Positions 46,184-62,204 of a DNA stretch of 64,000 nt are shown in pieces. Both the position numbers and the translations under genes were made by a program. Below the pieces are notes generated by a model, which saw nothing but the letters and a program-made list of their open reading frames with translations, did not search any database and was not told the origin of the DNA. The number at the start of each line of letters is the position of its first letter. Position 1 is the first letter of the stretch. This stretch comes from the human T2T-CHM13v2.0 reference genome, Homo sapiens. The stretch is from the NCBI RefSeq assembly GCF_009914755.1, contig NC_060926.1; one strand, written 5' to 3'.

Positions 46184-47372
46184 CACTATAGGGATGTACA
46201 TTAAGACTCTCCAGATGCCAGGCTTGGTTACTAGCCTTACTTGCGACAATCATCAGACTCTAGGTTCTCCCTGTTTGGTGTGTATGTCAGCCAGGATTGG
46301 CTCTGTTTTCCAGTGCTAACGAACAATTCTAAATCTCAGTGGCTTAATACAACAAAATTTATCTCTTGCTCATGCTGCATTCCAACACAGGTTGAAACAC
46401 CACCACAGCAGCAGAGGGCAGGGAAGGACAAATCAAGTAGTAGGCTTTAAAGGCTTCTTCAGGGAAGTGAAACATGTCATTCCTGCTCACATTTCATTGG
46501 TCAAAGCAAGCACCATAGCCACTTCTTTCTTCAGGGGAGCAGAAAAGTACATACCCCTTTGTGCTCAGGAGAACCAGTATATTTGGTTAATAGCTCTAAT
46601 GACTATCGTAAAGTGACTATCTTTCTGGTTACCCTTTTTAGATTGTGTAAGCCTCTGGAACCTTGGAAAATTAGGAGGAAGGAGCAAGAGGAAAATATTT
46701 TTTATTTTTATTTATTGTACATGGTTTTTAAGGTCTACTTTAGGTATTACTTTAGATGTATAATTGTCATCTCAGATTGTCTGTGCCAAAATTGAATCTC
46801 CAGAAAATGACCATTTAATAATTCCTGAAGAAATAAGTGACTTAAACAATAAGCCTCAAGAGATGCTTAAACCTCTTTAAGCATGAAAGATTGTAATGAA
46901 AGGTAGTAATGAAAGATATATACATATGATACAAAATTGTCAACTTTATAATGGTATAATCAGGACATGACATTCTATAACTAAAAGCAGGACATTATGT
47001 GTCAACTGATATGCTGCAATGTAAAGTACAGCACCAAAAATAGATTTGACCTGAATCCAATCATGCTTTTGGATATAACTCCTAGTTTACAGAAAAAAAA
47101 GGGGGTGGGTGGGTAAAGGAACCAGTTAAATGACATCAGGAGGAAGTGATCAGGCAAATCTGGAATGTCAAATATACAATTGGACAACTGACCCAATTCC
47201 TTCAGCTGGGCAATGGCATGAGGAGAAAAAAGGCAGAATGGGACTGGACTGCTCTAGTTTAAAAGAGACTTAAGAAATAAAAGACTCAAGAGCAATATGA
47301 AACTTTGTCCGTTTTCTGCTGCTATAATAGAAAACCACAGACCGAGTAATTTATAAGGAAAATAAATTTAAC

Positions 47373-47659
47373 GGCCGGTGCAGTGACTCACACCTATAAT
47401 CCCAGCACTTTGGGAGGCCAAGGCAGGTGGATCACCTGAGGTCAGAAGTTCAAGACCAGCCTGGCCAACATGGCGAAACCCCATTTCTACTAAAAATACA
47501 AAAATTAGCCAGGTGTGGGGGCAGGTGCCTGTAATCCCAGCTATTTGGGAGGCTGAGGTGGGAGAATCGCTTGAACTCAGGAGGCGGAGGTTGCAATGAG
47601 AAGAGACCATACACTCCAGCCTGGGCCACAAGGGCAAAACTCCGTCTCCAAAAAAAAAA
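47373..47659 (+). mobile_element. AluS (Sq/Sp-like) inserted in a MaLR LTR remnant (about 47306-47845)
   Basis: Dimeric Alu ending ACAAGGGCAAAACTCCGTCTC plus A-tail; flanking MST/MLT-like motifs. Confidence 0.85.
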
Positions 47660-48054
47660 GGAAGAAATTTTATCAGGAGTCCACTCCTATGATAAGTAAC
47701 CCACACTTGTGACTATAGTGTGAACCCATTCACGAAGGCAGAGCCCTCTAGACCCATTTGCTGTTTAAGGGCCTCACCTTCCAATACCATTAGGTTGGCA
47801 ACTAAATTTCAAATAAGTTTTGGAGGGGACATTTAAATCATAACAGAAACCTTGTTTGAATCCTGATTTGAACACACCAGCTCTGTGAGAATATTCATTT
47901 TTCCCAGAAAATACAGAGTTCTGGATTGGTGAAGTATTGGTAATGGTATAAACATCTAAGATTAGGAACAATGGAGGAGAAATGAATATATTTTGTATGT
48001 AACAAGTTAAAATGTAGGTTCTTGGGAAACCTTTATGTACAGACAACCATAAGC

Positions 48055-48270
48055 CAATGGTTCTCAACTGACGACAAATTTAAACCCCAGGGGAAATTTG
48101 ATAATATCTGAATTCATTTTTGTTTGTCATAATGGGGGTGTAGGGAATATTAATGGCTTCCTGTGGGTAGATGCCTAGAATGCTGCTAAACACCCTACAA
48201 TGCATGGGAGGGTCACCACAACAAAGAATGATTCACCCTAAAATGTCAATAGTACAAAGGTTAGGAAACA
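48055..48270 (+). mobile_element. MER20 DNA transposon
   Basis: caatggttctcaac...ccccagggg...tgctgctaaacaccctacaatgca...aaaatgtcaatagt. Confidence 0.78.
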
Positions 48271-48535
48271 CTCAATAGGCAATCAAATGTAAGCACAAAG
48301 AAGGTAGGGACTAGAATTGGTTTACTTGCTGTGAGCTTGGGCACAGATCCTGGCATATGGTAAGTGTGAAAATACCTGATAATCTCTTTTATATTGTGTA
48401 AGCCTCCAGATTCTTGACAAATTAGGGAGAGGAAGCAAAGAGACATTGTTTTGAGGAGGGAAGCTCAGAGAAAGTTCTTAGAATGATTTATAAATGTATG
48501 TTATCAGCATATAAGTGGTACTAGAAACCTTGGGA

Positions 48536-48928
48536 GTTGATGAAAGAAAAACTTCAGCTGAATTAAATTTAATTGAGCTACGAATGATTCATGAATCGGG
48601 CAGCCTCTGAGACAGAATAGGTTCAGAGACTCCAGTGCAGCCACATGGTGGAAGATTTACAGACAGAAAAAGGAAAGTGATGTACAGAAAACAGAAGTAA
48701 GGTACATAAACAACTGGATTGGTTATAGCTCCATGTTTGCCTTATTTGAGCACAGTTTGAACAGTTGGCTACATTTGATTGGCCAAAACTCAGTGATTGG
48801 CACAAGTGTAGGCTACAGTCTGTTTACATCTCCATGGATGTTATAGTTCACAACGCATGGAGAAACCTTTAGGCTGAACTTAAAATATGTAAGGAGTTTA
48901 GCCTTAGGCTAAATTTGATTTAATAACA
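48536..48928 (-). mobile_element. MER57-type ERV1 solo LTR
   Basis: Minus strand reads tttagcctaagg...ccttacatattttaagttcagcctaaaggtttctcc, with three CCAAT boxes. Confidence 0.8.
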
Positions 48929-49262
48929 GTGAATGAGGATTTTTTGGCGGTAGTTCTCAAACCTCCTTGTGGATCAAAATTATTTGGGCAGGTTTGAAAA
49001 AATGCAATGCTTGGTCTAACCCCAGAAATTCTTATTTAAATTTTTGGGAGTGGGGAGTGTGACTAGCATCATATTAAAACAACAACAACAATTTAAAAAC
49101 CTCCTTTTATTATTTTAATGTGCAATCACATTAAAATGGTGTTGAAATCTAAAATTTCTTCCTTTCCCCAGAACACAAATAAGCTGTATTCATTATGATG
49201 GCTTCATTCATAAGACGTACTACATTCAATATGGAAGCTCAAGCAGTTGGCTGTCATTTTAA

Positions 49263-49268
<6 letters not shown>

Positions 49269-49295
<27 letters not shown>

Positions 49296-49296
49296 T
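49269..49296. repeat. Poly(T) run of about 28 nt
   Basis: Directly visible. Confidence 0.9.
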
Positions 49297-49337
49297 GGTT
49301 TGCTAAAGCAAACCCTTGGCCTCATTTGGTGAAATAA

Positions 49338-51941
<2,604 letters not shown>

Positions 51942-53802
51942 AAAGAATTTAGGAGATAAGGAAGTAGATTAAACGGGTCATGTGCTTCACTCCTATATAC
52001 TGCTAGGGCCATAAAAAGTTCTCTCCCTTGCCAGTAAAAATAGAACAAAAAAGAGAAATACCCAAATATTTAAAAAGTGCTCTGCTGGCTTTTTTTTTTT
52101 TTTCCTGGGCTGGGAATGCTTGTGGAAGGAGCAACAATAAAATTTGTATTCCTGATCTCAGTGGGGATATGAGAAGCCAGCCGAGGCATGGCCCAGGTGA
52201 TGACTATTAACAGTCTGAAGCAAAGTGGGTATAGTTTTAATAGCCAGATGCTACACTCAGGGATCAGGGAATGGCTTCAGTAGCAGAAATCTCTGGCTGT
52301 GGTTAATTTAATCATGGGGTCCCCAGGAATGAAATAGACAGACAGCCAATTAAGGTGTGTCTTGATTTATTTAACCAAAGCTATTCTAGGTCTGGTGAAC
52401 AGAGGCCTCACTGGAGCCAACATGCTAGAGAATTTTGGGTTCAAAGACCCGGTACCACACAATGCAGGCGAGGCTAGTACCTATGAGGAAAGATCCTGCT
52501 GTAACACTACACAGGCACACTGTGAACCTTTTGCCTTGTCTTTCCTAATGGGGCTGGCAGTTGTTAACCTGAATATTTGTGGATTGAGGAAAGGGAAACA
52601 CTTAAACTCAGGAAATACTGGATATTGGCTCAAAGTTATCACTGATTCTTAGGGACCTATAATTCCACTGTAGTCAGCAGGTAAGAGTTGGGGATTATTA
52701 TGGAGCTCAGGTGATAAATGGAGTTCTGATCTGAGTTTATTGCATGGTAGGCCCAGTAGGATCCTCCAAAACATATTCTCAGATTCTGAGTGAATTGCTG
52801 GAATCGGTATTTTAGGAAACTGGCAGTTTCTTGAATCCCCACACAGTTTCCCAGACCTTTAAAGTAAGGGCTATTGTTTTAGGGAGGGCCAAGTGCAGTC
52901 ATTTGACTCTCCTTACCTGCCAAAATAGAGAATGAACAAGAGCACTACAACCCCGGAAGCTGCTTCCTGAAAGGGGAAGATATGGTGATGAATTTAATAG
53001 GCCGGCTTGGCTTTTGCAGTCTGATAGGTCTTGAAGAATGATAGCAGATTATTGGAAACAACATTAGCTGAGGCTCAAATTGTGGCTGCTATTGCATTCT
53101 TTTTCCTCCTTGTTAAAATAAATTAACATATCTTTTAGCACTTTTGAGGCAGTTCTTGATCTTGCTAAAACATTTTTTTCCCATTTTGGTTTACGTGAAT
53201 CACCAGAAGTTTGCTATCTTTGACAGAGGAACCCGTAATTCTTCATTGTCATGCCTCAGGGATATGTCAGCTTTCTGGCTGTAGTCTACAGCCTAGTTTG
53301 CTGAGATCTTGACCACATTACCATTTACTTTGATCCAATACCCACAAAACATCATGCTGATAGGATATGAAGATCAGGAAGTAGAAACAATTCTGAATGA
53401 CTTCTTAAGTCATATGTTTGACTATGAAATTCTGTAAAAGTAAAGAGATTTGATGTGATGGTAACAGGCCTGGTGTTTGAGGATCTGTGGCATGTCTGGC
53501 TACTGCTTTCAAAATGGTTTCTAAATCTTAGATGCAACATATTTGTCTGCATTACTCTTACCACAAACAAGGTGATCCAACTTTTGTCCATCTATAATTG
53601 AGGTCCACAGTAAAAGAAAGCTTAGCACCTGGTCCAGGGTTTCAGTGCAAGTAACTCTGTCAATTGATCCTTATGACCTCCGATGGTGCTTGAACTTCTG
53701 TAATAAACTGAGATACTGAAGTGAGACTTAGTAACTCCAGGTAGGATATAAAAAGAGAACTCTCACGTTTGGACAAAGACCATGCCCTATTCAGCAGCCA
53801 AT

Positions 53803-54449
53803 ATATAGTTTGGCTCTGTGTCCCCACCCAAATCTTATCACCAATTATAATCCCCATGTGTTGAAGGAGGGACCAGGTGGGAGGTAACTGGATCATGGGG
53901 TGGGTTTCCCCCATGCTCTTCTCCTGATAGTGAGTTCTCATGAGATCTGATGGTTTAAAAATATTTAGTAGTTCCCCCTGGAGCACTCTCTCTCCTACCA
54001 CCATGTAAGATGTGCCTTGCATCCCTTCACCTTTCACCTTTTTTTCTTTCTTTTTTTTTTTTTCAAACATGGGCAATTCCTGGAACTGAGGGTTCTTCCC
54101 TTTTAACTTTTTAATTTTTATTTCTTGAATCAGGGTCTCACTCTGTTACCCAGGCTGAAATTCAGTGGCATGATCTCAGCTCACTGCAGCCTCCATCACC
54201 CCAGGCTCAAGCAATCCTTCCCCTTCAGCCTCCCAAGTAGCTGGGACTATAGGTGTGTACCACCACACCTGGCTAATTTTTGTATTTTTAGTGGAGATGG
54301 GATTTCATCATGTTGCCCAGACTGGTCTCAAACTCCTAAGCTTAAACTATCTGCCCACTTCTCCCTCCCAAAGTGATGGGATTACAAGCATGAGCCACCA
54401 TGCCCAGCTTCAGGTAGTTCTTTATAGCAGTGTGAAAATGGACTAATAC
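53803..54449 (+). mobile_element. MST/THE1-type MaLR LTR interrupted by AluJ
   Basis: atatagtttggctctgtgtccccacccaaatc...caggtagttctttatagcagtgtgaaaatggactaatac. Confidence 0.82.
54101..54408 (-). mobile_element. AluJ
   Basis: Reverse-complement dimeric Alu; no TSD visible. Confidence 0.86.
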
Positions 54450-57400
54450 CGTTCCTGACTTGATAATATCTTTGCAGGAGACCCTTTACCATGGGATTCC
54501 ATTTAGCTTATGCTGCCAGTAGTGAATCAACACAGCTATAAAGCTTGAGGTGCCCTGAAAAATCAGATAACTGCACAGGTCCTACACGCCTATGCCTTCT
54601 CCAAATTCCCACACTGGCTTCAACTAACATCTATAGCTTAAAGGTAGTTTCCTATGAGCAATTGACTGAGAAGGTCAAGCCTTAACACCGATTTAAGGAC
54701 GGTTCCACACACAATATGTCTATACCGGATAGTACAAGACTGCTGGCTCTTAGAAAATTAAAGAATAGAAATCCCTTTGGTAGGTAGAACTTGTGCTTCA
54801 CATGCTAGATATTTTTCATGGAAGCAGGTTTGGCCCATAGTCAGGTCATGTAGTGATTCCTGGGCAGGAAGTAGTGATATGGGATATTTGGAAGAAACAA
54901 GATCATATGATTAGTAAAAAGCAAGCTTATGGAATACATGTATATAGAAGGTGGATTTCTTAAAATTGTCCTAGAGCCTAAAAATGGTTATGCCTCAAGT
55001 AAATACTCACCAGAAGGTCCCCAGTGGAAATGAACCCACTTTATATAATCAAGTGGCAGTATTATCTTTGGACTCAATTTGATCAATGGTCTTATCAATA
55101 GAGTGGTGTTAGGGTAGGAGATCTGAGGAAGGCAGAAGGGAGAAAATGGAAAATGCGAGAGGACCTTGAAAAACACAGGAGACATATAAAATTTCTGCCA
55201 AATGCCTCTGAAAACCCAGATGAATCCAGAGATGATGGATTTGTTGCTATGGCAGGAGCAGGTATAATTTTTTTCTTCAATATCCTGAGTGTAGGAACAG
55301 AAAAGCAGAATTGATCCAAATTTCAGAGTTTACAGGTGGCTGTAACTAGTACCACAGCTTGAGGTGAGAGTTGGAGAGCAAGTAGGGGAGCCATTGCTCT
55401 CTCTGAGAAAAATCCTCTGTTTTCCAACATTGGTAGTAGCTCTTTGAAAAAAATTTTGCAGTTAGTAGTTTGACTTGGAAGTTGTCAAGATTATGATGAA
55501 AAGGCATGAGGAAGTAGTTTGAGAGTAGGATTGTGACTGACATTAGAAAGATAATTCAAGTTTAATCATCTGTTTTTCACTAGCATCCACTGCACAGAAC
55601 TAAAAAATTTGTTGTTCTGATGTCTGAAACTGGCCATGCCTGCAGGTAGTCCAGCAAGACAGGATCTAAGGCATTGAGTGTTCTGGCCACAGAGTGATTG
55701 CAATGTTATACTACAGGGCCTATGCTAAATAGTCAAAGTAAACACTTGGTAGACTAAATAAATAAATGAAAGATGAGAGGATTGTATGGGTCAAAGTGGT
55801 ATAGTCTTGCCCACTCTGCTTTATCCGTTAGTATTTTCTTGACCAGTATTACAATTGTTTCTTTCCGTATCTTCACCCTACTCCTCTCATTGGAAATTCT
55901 TGCCCCCCGCCCGCCCTACCCCCCCACTGATTCATACACTAAAACTTTTCAAAACCTTTCTCAAAACTCATCTCCAAAATCATCCTAATTACACCCTAAT
56001 TTTAATCCATCCTTAATCTAGCACTGTATGAAGACTCTGCCTTATAATAACTTGACTTGATGTTTCTATGAAACTATGTTTTTACTTGTTTCATTGTTCT
56101 GTTTCATCTGTTTCATTTATTCTGCTTCCCTACCCAAACTAAACTATTGCTGGCAAGTACTCTGGCTTGGTGTGTTCACCAGTGTGCATGTTGATACAAA
56201 AGAGATGTTAAAAATGTTTTATTTGATTTGAATCATATGGATGGATATGTTCTGAATTGTTGAATCCAAGATTTTACTGATAAATCTAATTTTATATTTT
56301 TATTGGAGATGAAAAGTAAAAGTTTGAATGTTAGTTTTGCACTTTTGCTTTTTCAAAACTGAATCATATTGAAAAGCTATTTTTGCCAAAAAATAAAAAT
56401 TGTGAACTTTAAATGAACTTTAAAACCCAGAAGCATTGAAACCAATAAAATGCACCTTTAGAATGCTTTAATTTAACTTGAGATTCAGCAGGAGAGTATG
56501 AACTATGTACAATTAAGACTATACCAGAGAAGAAGTAATAGTAATCATTTTTTAGAGGAGATATCATCCATAATTGAAAATTATATGGAAAAATATTAAA
56601 ATATTGAAACTGTTAATAAAGGGAATGCAAGCTAATCTATGCTGCCATTGGAATAGTTCTAATACCATAAATTGTTTTATTGTTTTAATACTGACACTAT
56701 TAATTAATTTAGTACTAACATTTTTCATGGGGCCTTCTTATGAACTGAATCCTTGAGTTCAGATAGATTTCATTTTGACAAATGCTGTTTTGTAATGTCA
56801 CAGAAAATATTTCCTCTGGAAAAAAATACTGTGTTTACTCTGTTCATAAAATATTCTGTCAGGGCTTGATAAACTATTTTTTAAACAACCCTCAAAATAA
56901 TACGTTATTTGTTTTAGGCTTACATATTTCATGGATGTTGTCAAAGATTCTGAGCATTACATATTAAAAGGCTTGTTCAATGGCAGCACATATAAGTCTA
57001 AAAATAATCTGGCATTTAAGAAACTGGACCATTTTAACCATTTCCAGATAAGATTATTTAAGTCTGATCTAGAGTAATATTTTTTAAAAGGCTATTTAAC
57101 ATAATTTTTATGGCCAGTTATAAATTGTGGATGGATTACTCATTTGTGCTGGGTTTTACAGAAGGAATGCTGCATTGACAGGAAGAAGGACAAGATAGAT
57201 GATTCTTCTGATCCTTTTGTGCTTTGAGTTCTATAGATGAGTGAGAAAAGACACCAGGCTAGGCATCATGAAACCCAGGTTAAGCCATTATCTTCCTTGC
57301 AAATATAAATATATAGATATATATGAAAAATGTTTGTGGTCCATGCATCAATTTTTATGATGTGGTTTGGTGCTTATTATAAATTTGTTTATTATATCAA

Positions 57401-58559
57401 ATGTTAAAATGAGATTAACAAAATATAGATCACTCACCAATGCTTAGAAACATTTTCATTATTTGGCCTCTAGTAAAATTAAAATTTTATATTAAATTTT
57501 AGCTATTTTAAGTTATTTTAGAACTTAACTTTGAAGTCTGGAAATTCTGAGTGAATTGCTCCAGGTTGCTACTTTATGTTGTTAGTGTAGACCCTGTTTG
57601 TTTTTTATTTAACCTTTAATAAAACATTGCAAAGACTATTTCTCAACTCTCCTATAAGCAACAGATACTCTTTAACAGTTATGCCTTTTATTTTTGCATG
57701 AGCAATCTATATCTACACTGAAGGTCAATTTCTGTTGCCGTATATAATGGTTAGGCACAAAATCTGGTGAGATTATTCACTGAAATAAGTTGATTATAGT
57801 AACTTTTCATATAAAACTTTAGGAAATTAGACTATATCAGATCATACATATGTGGTATGTTATCATAAAGTAGGTAATAATTCTGATTCCCCACAAAAAT
57901 TATTCTTATTCCATTATAACCTTATCTCATGAAATTACCTTACATTAGAGCAGATGCAGAAAGACTATTTAAAAGGCTATGGAAGAACCTGAGTAAGGTA
58001 TGGCAATACTTGGACTCAGATGAAGTAATACAGATGGGAAGAGTAGAAAGATTCAAAAGACAGAAAATAGAATCAATAATGCTTGTTGATTAATTGGCTT
58101 ATTACAAGTAAGTTTCTTAAGGCTGCGAACATGTATTAAATTTGTTTCTGTTTCTTAAAGCAACTAAAAACTGTGTTATGCAACAATAAAAATTCAAGAA
58201 ATTACTATAATAAATTTATGAATGACTATCATAGGTTTCCAAGCTATCTGAATGGCATGGTAACAAAGTGACAGCCTTTCTGCACTGTACAAAACATGGC
58301 TATGTGCTTTAACCCAGCAGTGCCCTATATATATATATCTGCCAGCCACAGAACTGCTATTAACATTTCTCAGGTTCCACAAGGAAATTCTACCACTTCT
58401 AGAAAGGCAAGAATAGTTATGCTAAGCTTATTTAGTTTATGTTTAATCCATCTATACCAGGTCCATCACTATATGAAAAATAAGATTTAAAATTCATAAC
58501 TTAAGGCAATTCATTTAAAATTGTCTCTGAAGATGTAATAACATCACCAGGAAGTTCAA

Positions 58560-59242
58560 AAAAATAGTTCCCTAACTAGTACCTTAACTGATTTCTGCTT
58601 GCACTCTTGCTTTTCTATTACAAATGTGGACGCTGCTAAGATCATTTTTATGGAAATCATATCATGTCACTGTACTGCTCAAATCCCTCCAATAGCTTAC
58701 CATTTCAATCAAGTAAAATCGGTTTTCTTAATATTTCACAAGGCCCCAGATGATCTCTCTCACTATCTCTTTTTCCTCTCTAATACAATCACCTATTATT
58801 CTTGCTCACTGTTCCAGGCACAATGGTCTCCTTGTTATTCCTTAAACTTCCCAGGCATGTTCCTGTCTCAGCTGTGTACTGGTAACTCCCCACTGCCTGG
58901 AAAGTTTGTCTCCCAGATGGATTTTCCCTCTGTCCCTTTCATCAGGTCATTGTATGAATGTCATCTTTTCAAAAGACCTCTCAGTCAACTCTATTTAAAA
59001 TTGTAGCTCTCTACCACCACACCTCATACCCCTTAGCTTGCTTGATTTTTTCCCCCTTAGACTTATTATCTTCTAACAGCTATAAATGTAACTTGTTTAT
59101 TTTGCTTATTGTCTATCTCCCCTCAATAGTGTATATAGACTCCATAGAACAGGATTTTTTTTTCTGCTTTATTTTCTGTCATATCTCCAGCACTTAGTCT
59201 AGTCCCTTAAACATATACAAACTCAAATAAATATTTGTTGAG
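58560..59242 (+). mobile_element. LINE-2 3' end
   Basis: tcactgtactgctcaaatccctccaatagctt...ctcaaataaatatttgttga terminus. Confidence 0.75.
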
Positions 59243-60129
59243 AGAATTACCACATATAGAAATTTTGCCTGAATTTCATTAGTTTTTGGTAATGTTAGAA
59301 ACACAGAAACATTAATAAAAAGACAAATAAATGAGCTACAAAATATTGAGTACCACATTTTCCTATAAATTGTAATATATTGGAATCTTGAACATATTTG
59401 AGGAACATATTCAACAGAATGAATCACACAAGCACCTATTCTGAGCAGGACCTATGGCCCTGAGGTGATGGGACAAAGTCTGATTCATCCTCACACTTCC
59501 CAAACTGCAGTTGAACTGGGAATTGTTCTGGCTATAAGATACAGGTACAGATGATTGTGGCCTTCAGATACAGATGATTGTGAATTTTTAAAAAGTTAAA
59601 TTTGTTTGGTCGATCAGTTGGTCCTAATGGTTACTAACTTAACCCAGGCCTTCACTCATGGAAACGAATGCTATATGCAGGTGACCATTGTTGAGTACTT
59701 CATCACTTGCAGGCTTTACACATTCCCTATTCGGACTTTTCTTGAATCATGGGTCATGAGTTGGTATAAAAAGCAGTCATCAGTTGGATAAAATTAGTTA
59801 TGAAATAGTCTTAGGGAATATTGGCAACTGAACCTACTGTACTAATTTGATAAAGTGCAAAGTGTACTACTTGATAAAGCTACAAACTTTATCATGAACT
59901 TACAAATATGTCCTGGCCTCTTGCATACCTATTTACACCAGATGCCAGAATCCTTTGAAGCCTATGACTTTATGTGTGGCTCATACGGAACAATGGAGGA
60001 TGAGAAGGATGTTTGGCCACACCAGCCATACCAAACTTGGCAATCAGTGGGATGATGGAGCTCAAAGTCCTCTCACCCAGGCATAGAGTCATGTCTGATT
60101 CTTCTGCATCCCTAGAACCTAGTATACCC

Positions 60130-61850
60130 TACTTATTCATTCCTTTGGTACTTTATTTCTTCATTTTAAATATTTATTGAGAACTACTTGTATAAGGCAC
60201 TTCTGGAGCTAAAGTAGTGATGTCGTTTGGTTCTTCATTACCAACCAAATCTCATCTCCAAATGTAATCCCCCTGTGTCAAGGGAGGGACCTGGTGGGAG
60301 GTGATTGGATCATGGGGTAGCTCCCCGCATGCTGTTCTTATAATAGTGAATCAGTTCTCATGAGATCTGATGGTTTTACCAGGGCTCTTCCCCCTTCGTT
60401 CTCTCTTCCTCTCTCTCCTGCTGCCTTGTGAAGAAGACACTTGCTGCTTCTTCACCTTCCTCTATGACTATAAGTTTCCTGAGGCCTCCCCAGCCATGAA
60501 GAACTTTTAGTCAATTAAAACTCTTTTCTTTATAAATTACCCAGTCCTTGGCAGTTCTTTATAGCAGTGTGAAAACATACTAAGACAAGTAGTGAACAAG
60601 AACCAAAATAATGCTTCCAGGATGGAGCTTACATCTAACTGAAGAGGCAGATATACCATACTACAATTGCAATATCTATCATAAAAAGAAATAGAAATTG
60701 ATGAAAAAGCATATTACCTAGACCTGGCCTAGTCTAAAGTGTAAGACATAAAGTCTCATAGGAAGTGACTAATCTGAGATTTGAAAAATGGTTAGGAGTG
60801 GGCTAGGTAAGAAAGGATACTAAATATGGGAGTACCAGCCAGGAAGACACACAGTATTTTCAAGAAACTAGAATGTAAACAATAGGAGTATGCAGAGGAA
60901 TGAAATGATTGTAATATGTGAGGCAAGAGACAGGTCTTAGGGAACCTTGAAGTCAATGAGTCAATGTAAAGAATTTTGATTAAGGGAAATAGGAAGAGTT
61001 TATGGGACTTTAAGCGGGAGAGTGACGTGATTAGATCCTAGTTTTTAGGGGGAAAAATCACTTACTATAATATATACGGCATTGCTTGGTATGTAAAATC
61101 TCAGTGGCTGTGTTATAAATATAGAAGGACCAGGGATCAGTTAAGAGGCTAGTTAGATAATTACTTTTGCTAACTTCTAGCTAGCCCGTTGAATGTCTCC
61201 AGTGATATTTTGAAATGAACTTTCCCAAGGCTATAACTTGTGCTTTTCATACAGTAGAGCAGATATAGAAATATTATTTGAGAGGTTATTGAAGAACATG
61301 AGTAAGCTATGATGATGCTTGGACTCAGGTGGAGTAATAGAAATAGGAAGAGTAGAAGGATTCAAAAGACAACAAATAGAATCAATAAGGCTTGCTGATT
61401 AATTGGCTATGAGGTAAGATAAGCATAGCTGAAAGCAGAGTTGAATTATTTACTGCATCGATGAACATCAGAGAAAGAACTGGCTTGAAATGGAAAATTG
61501 TGAGTTCGCTATTGAACATATCGAGATTGAGTTGCTTGCGAGACATCCAAGTGACCTGTAAAATGAACACTAGATATATGGGTCTTGAGCATCGAAGAAA
61601 GATCTGGGCTAGAGACAGAAATGGGAGTAGTTGGCTTATACATGGTAATTGAAGCCACCATACTGCTGAGAGAATGGAATCTAGACAATATATTGAGTAA
61701 GTAAAGAAGGGGTTGCCTTGAGGAATTCAAACATTTCAAGAATGGGTAGAAGAAAATGGCTGGCAAAAGATATTGAAAATAAGTTATCAGAGAGATAGGA
61801 TGAAAACATCATCCTATGTGTTCATGGAATGAATGAATGAAAAAGAAAGC
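60130..61850 (-). mobile_element. LINE-2 fragment (purine-rich on + strand)
   Basis: aaatatttattgagaactact, tttaagcgggagagtgacgtgattagat and ttgaacatatcgagattgag motifs. Confidence 0.7.
60218..60587 (+). mobile_element. THE1D/MSTA-type MaLR solo LTR inserted in L2
   Basis: TG...CA ends; 5-bp TSD AGTAG at 60213-60217 and 60588-60592. Confidence 0.88.
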
Positions 61851-62204
61851 TGGAAACATAGTGCTAGATTCCTCCCTTATCAGCCAACCAAAGTGTTTTT
61901 GGCAGTAGACTGGGATATCACATACAATATACAGATATCTCTACCTGCTGGGAAAATCCATCCTTGGCTATAGAAAGCAGAAGTACACTACCCTCAGCCC
62001 CAGACATGTGCCTTTATTGCCCTTGTGTTTGGTCTTGGGTGTGGCTGGCCCATGCTGGTTCCTTATCCAGGAGGTAGGCATTGTTGGCCAACAAGTTGGC
62101 CTTAGTTGGCATATCATCATCACTACCTAAGTCAGGCTGAATGGTTAAGGCATTCTAGCCAGCTTATCAAGAAGGGACCTGAGTCATGGGAAATGACATC
62201 ATAG

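Larger units (their letters stand above)
52100..55050 (+). mobile_element. Highly degenerate ERVL-class internal sequence (gag/pro/pol remnants)
   Basis: Decayed motifs equivalent to protease LDTGS (ctggatattggctca, about 52620) and RT WRMTVDY (about 53035), DLAN-FF (about 53160), PQGY (about 53255) and DDIMLIG (about 53350); no intact ORF. Confidence 0.62.
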
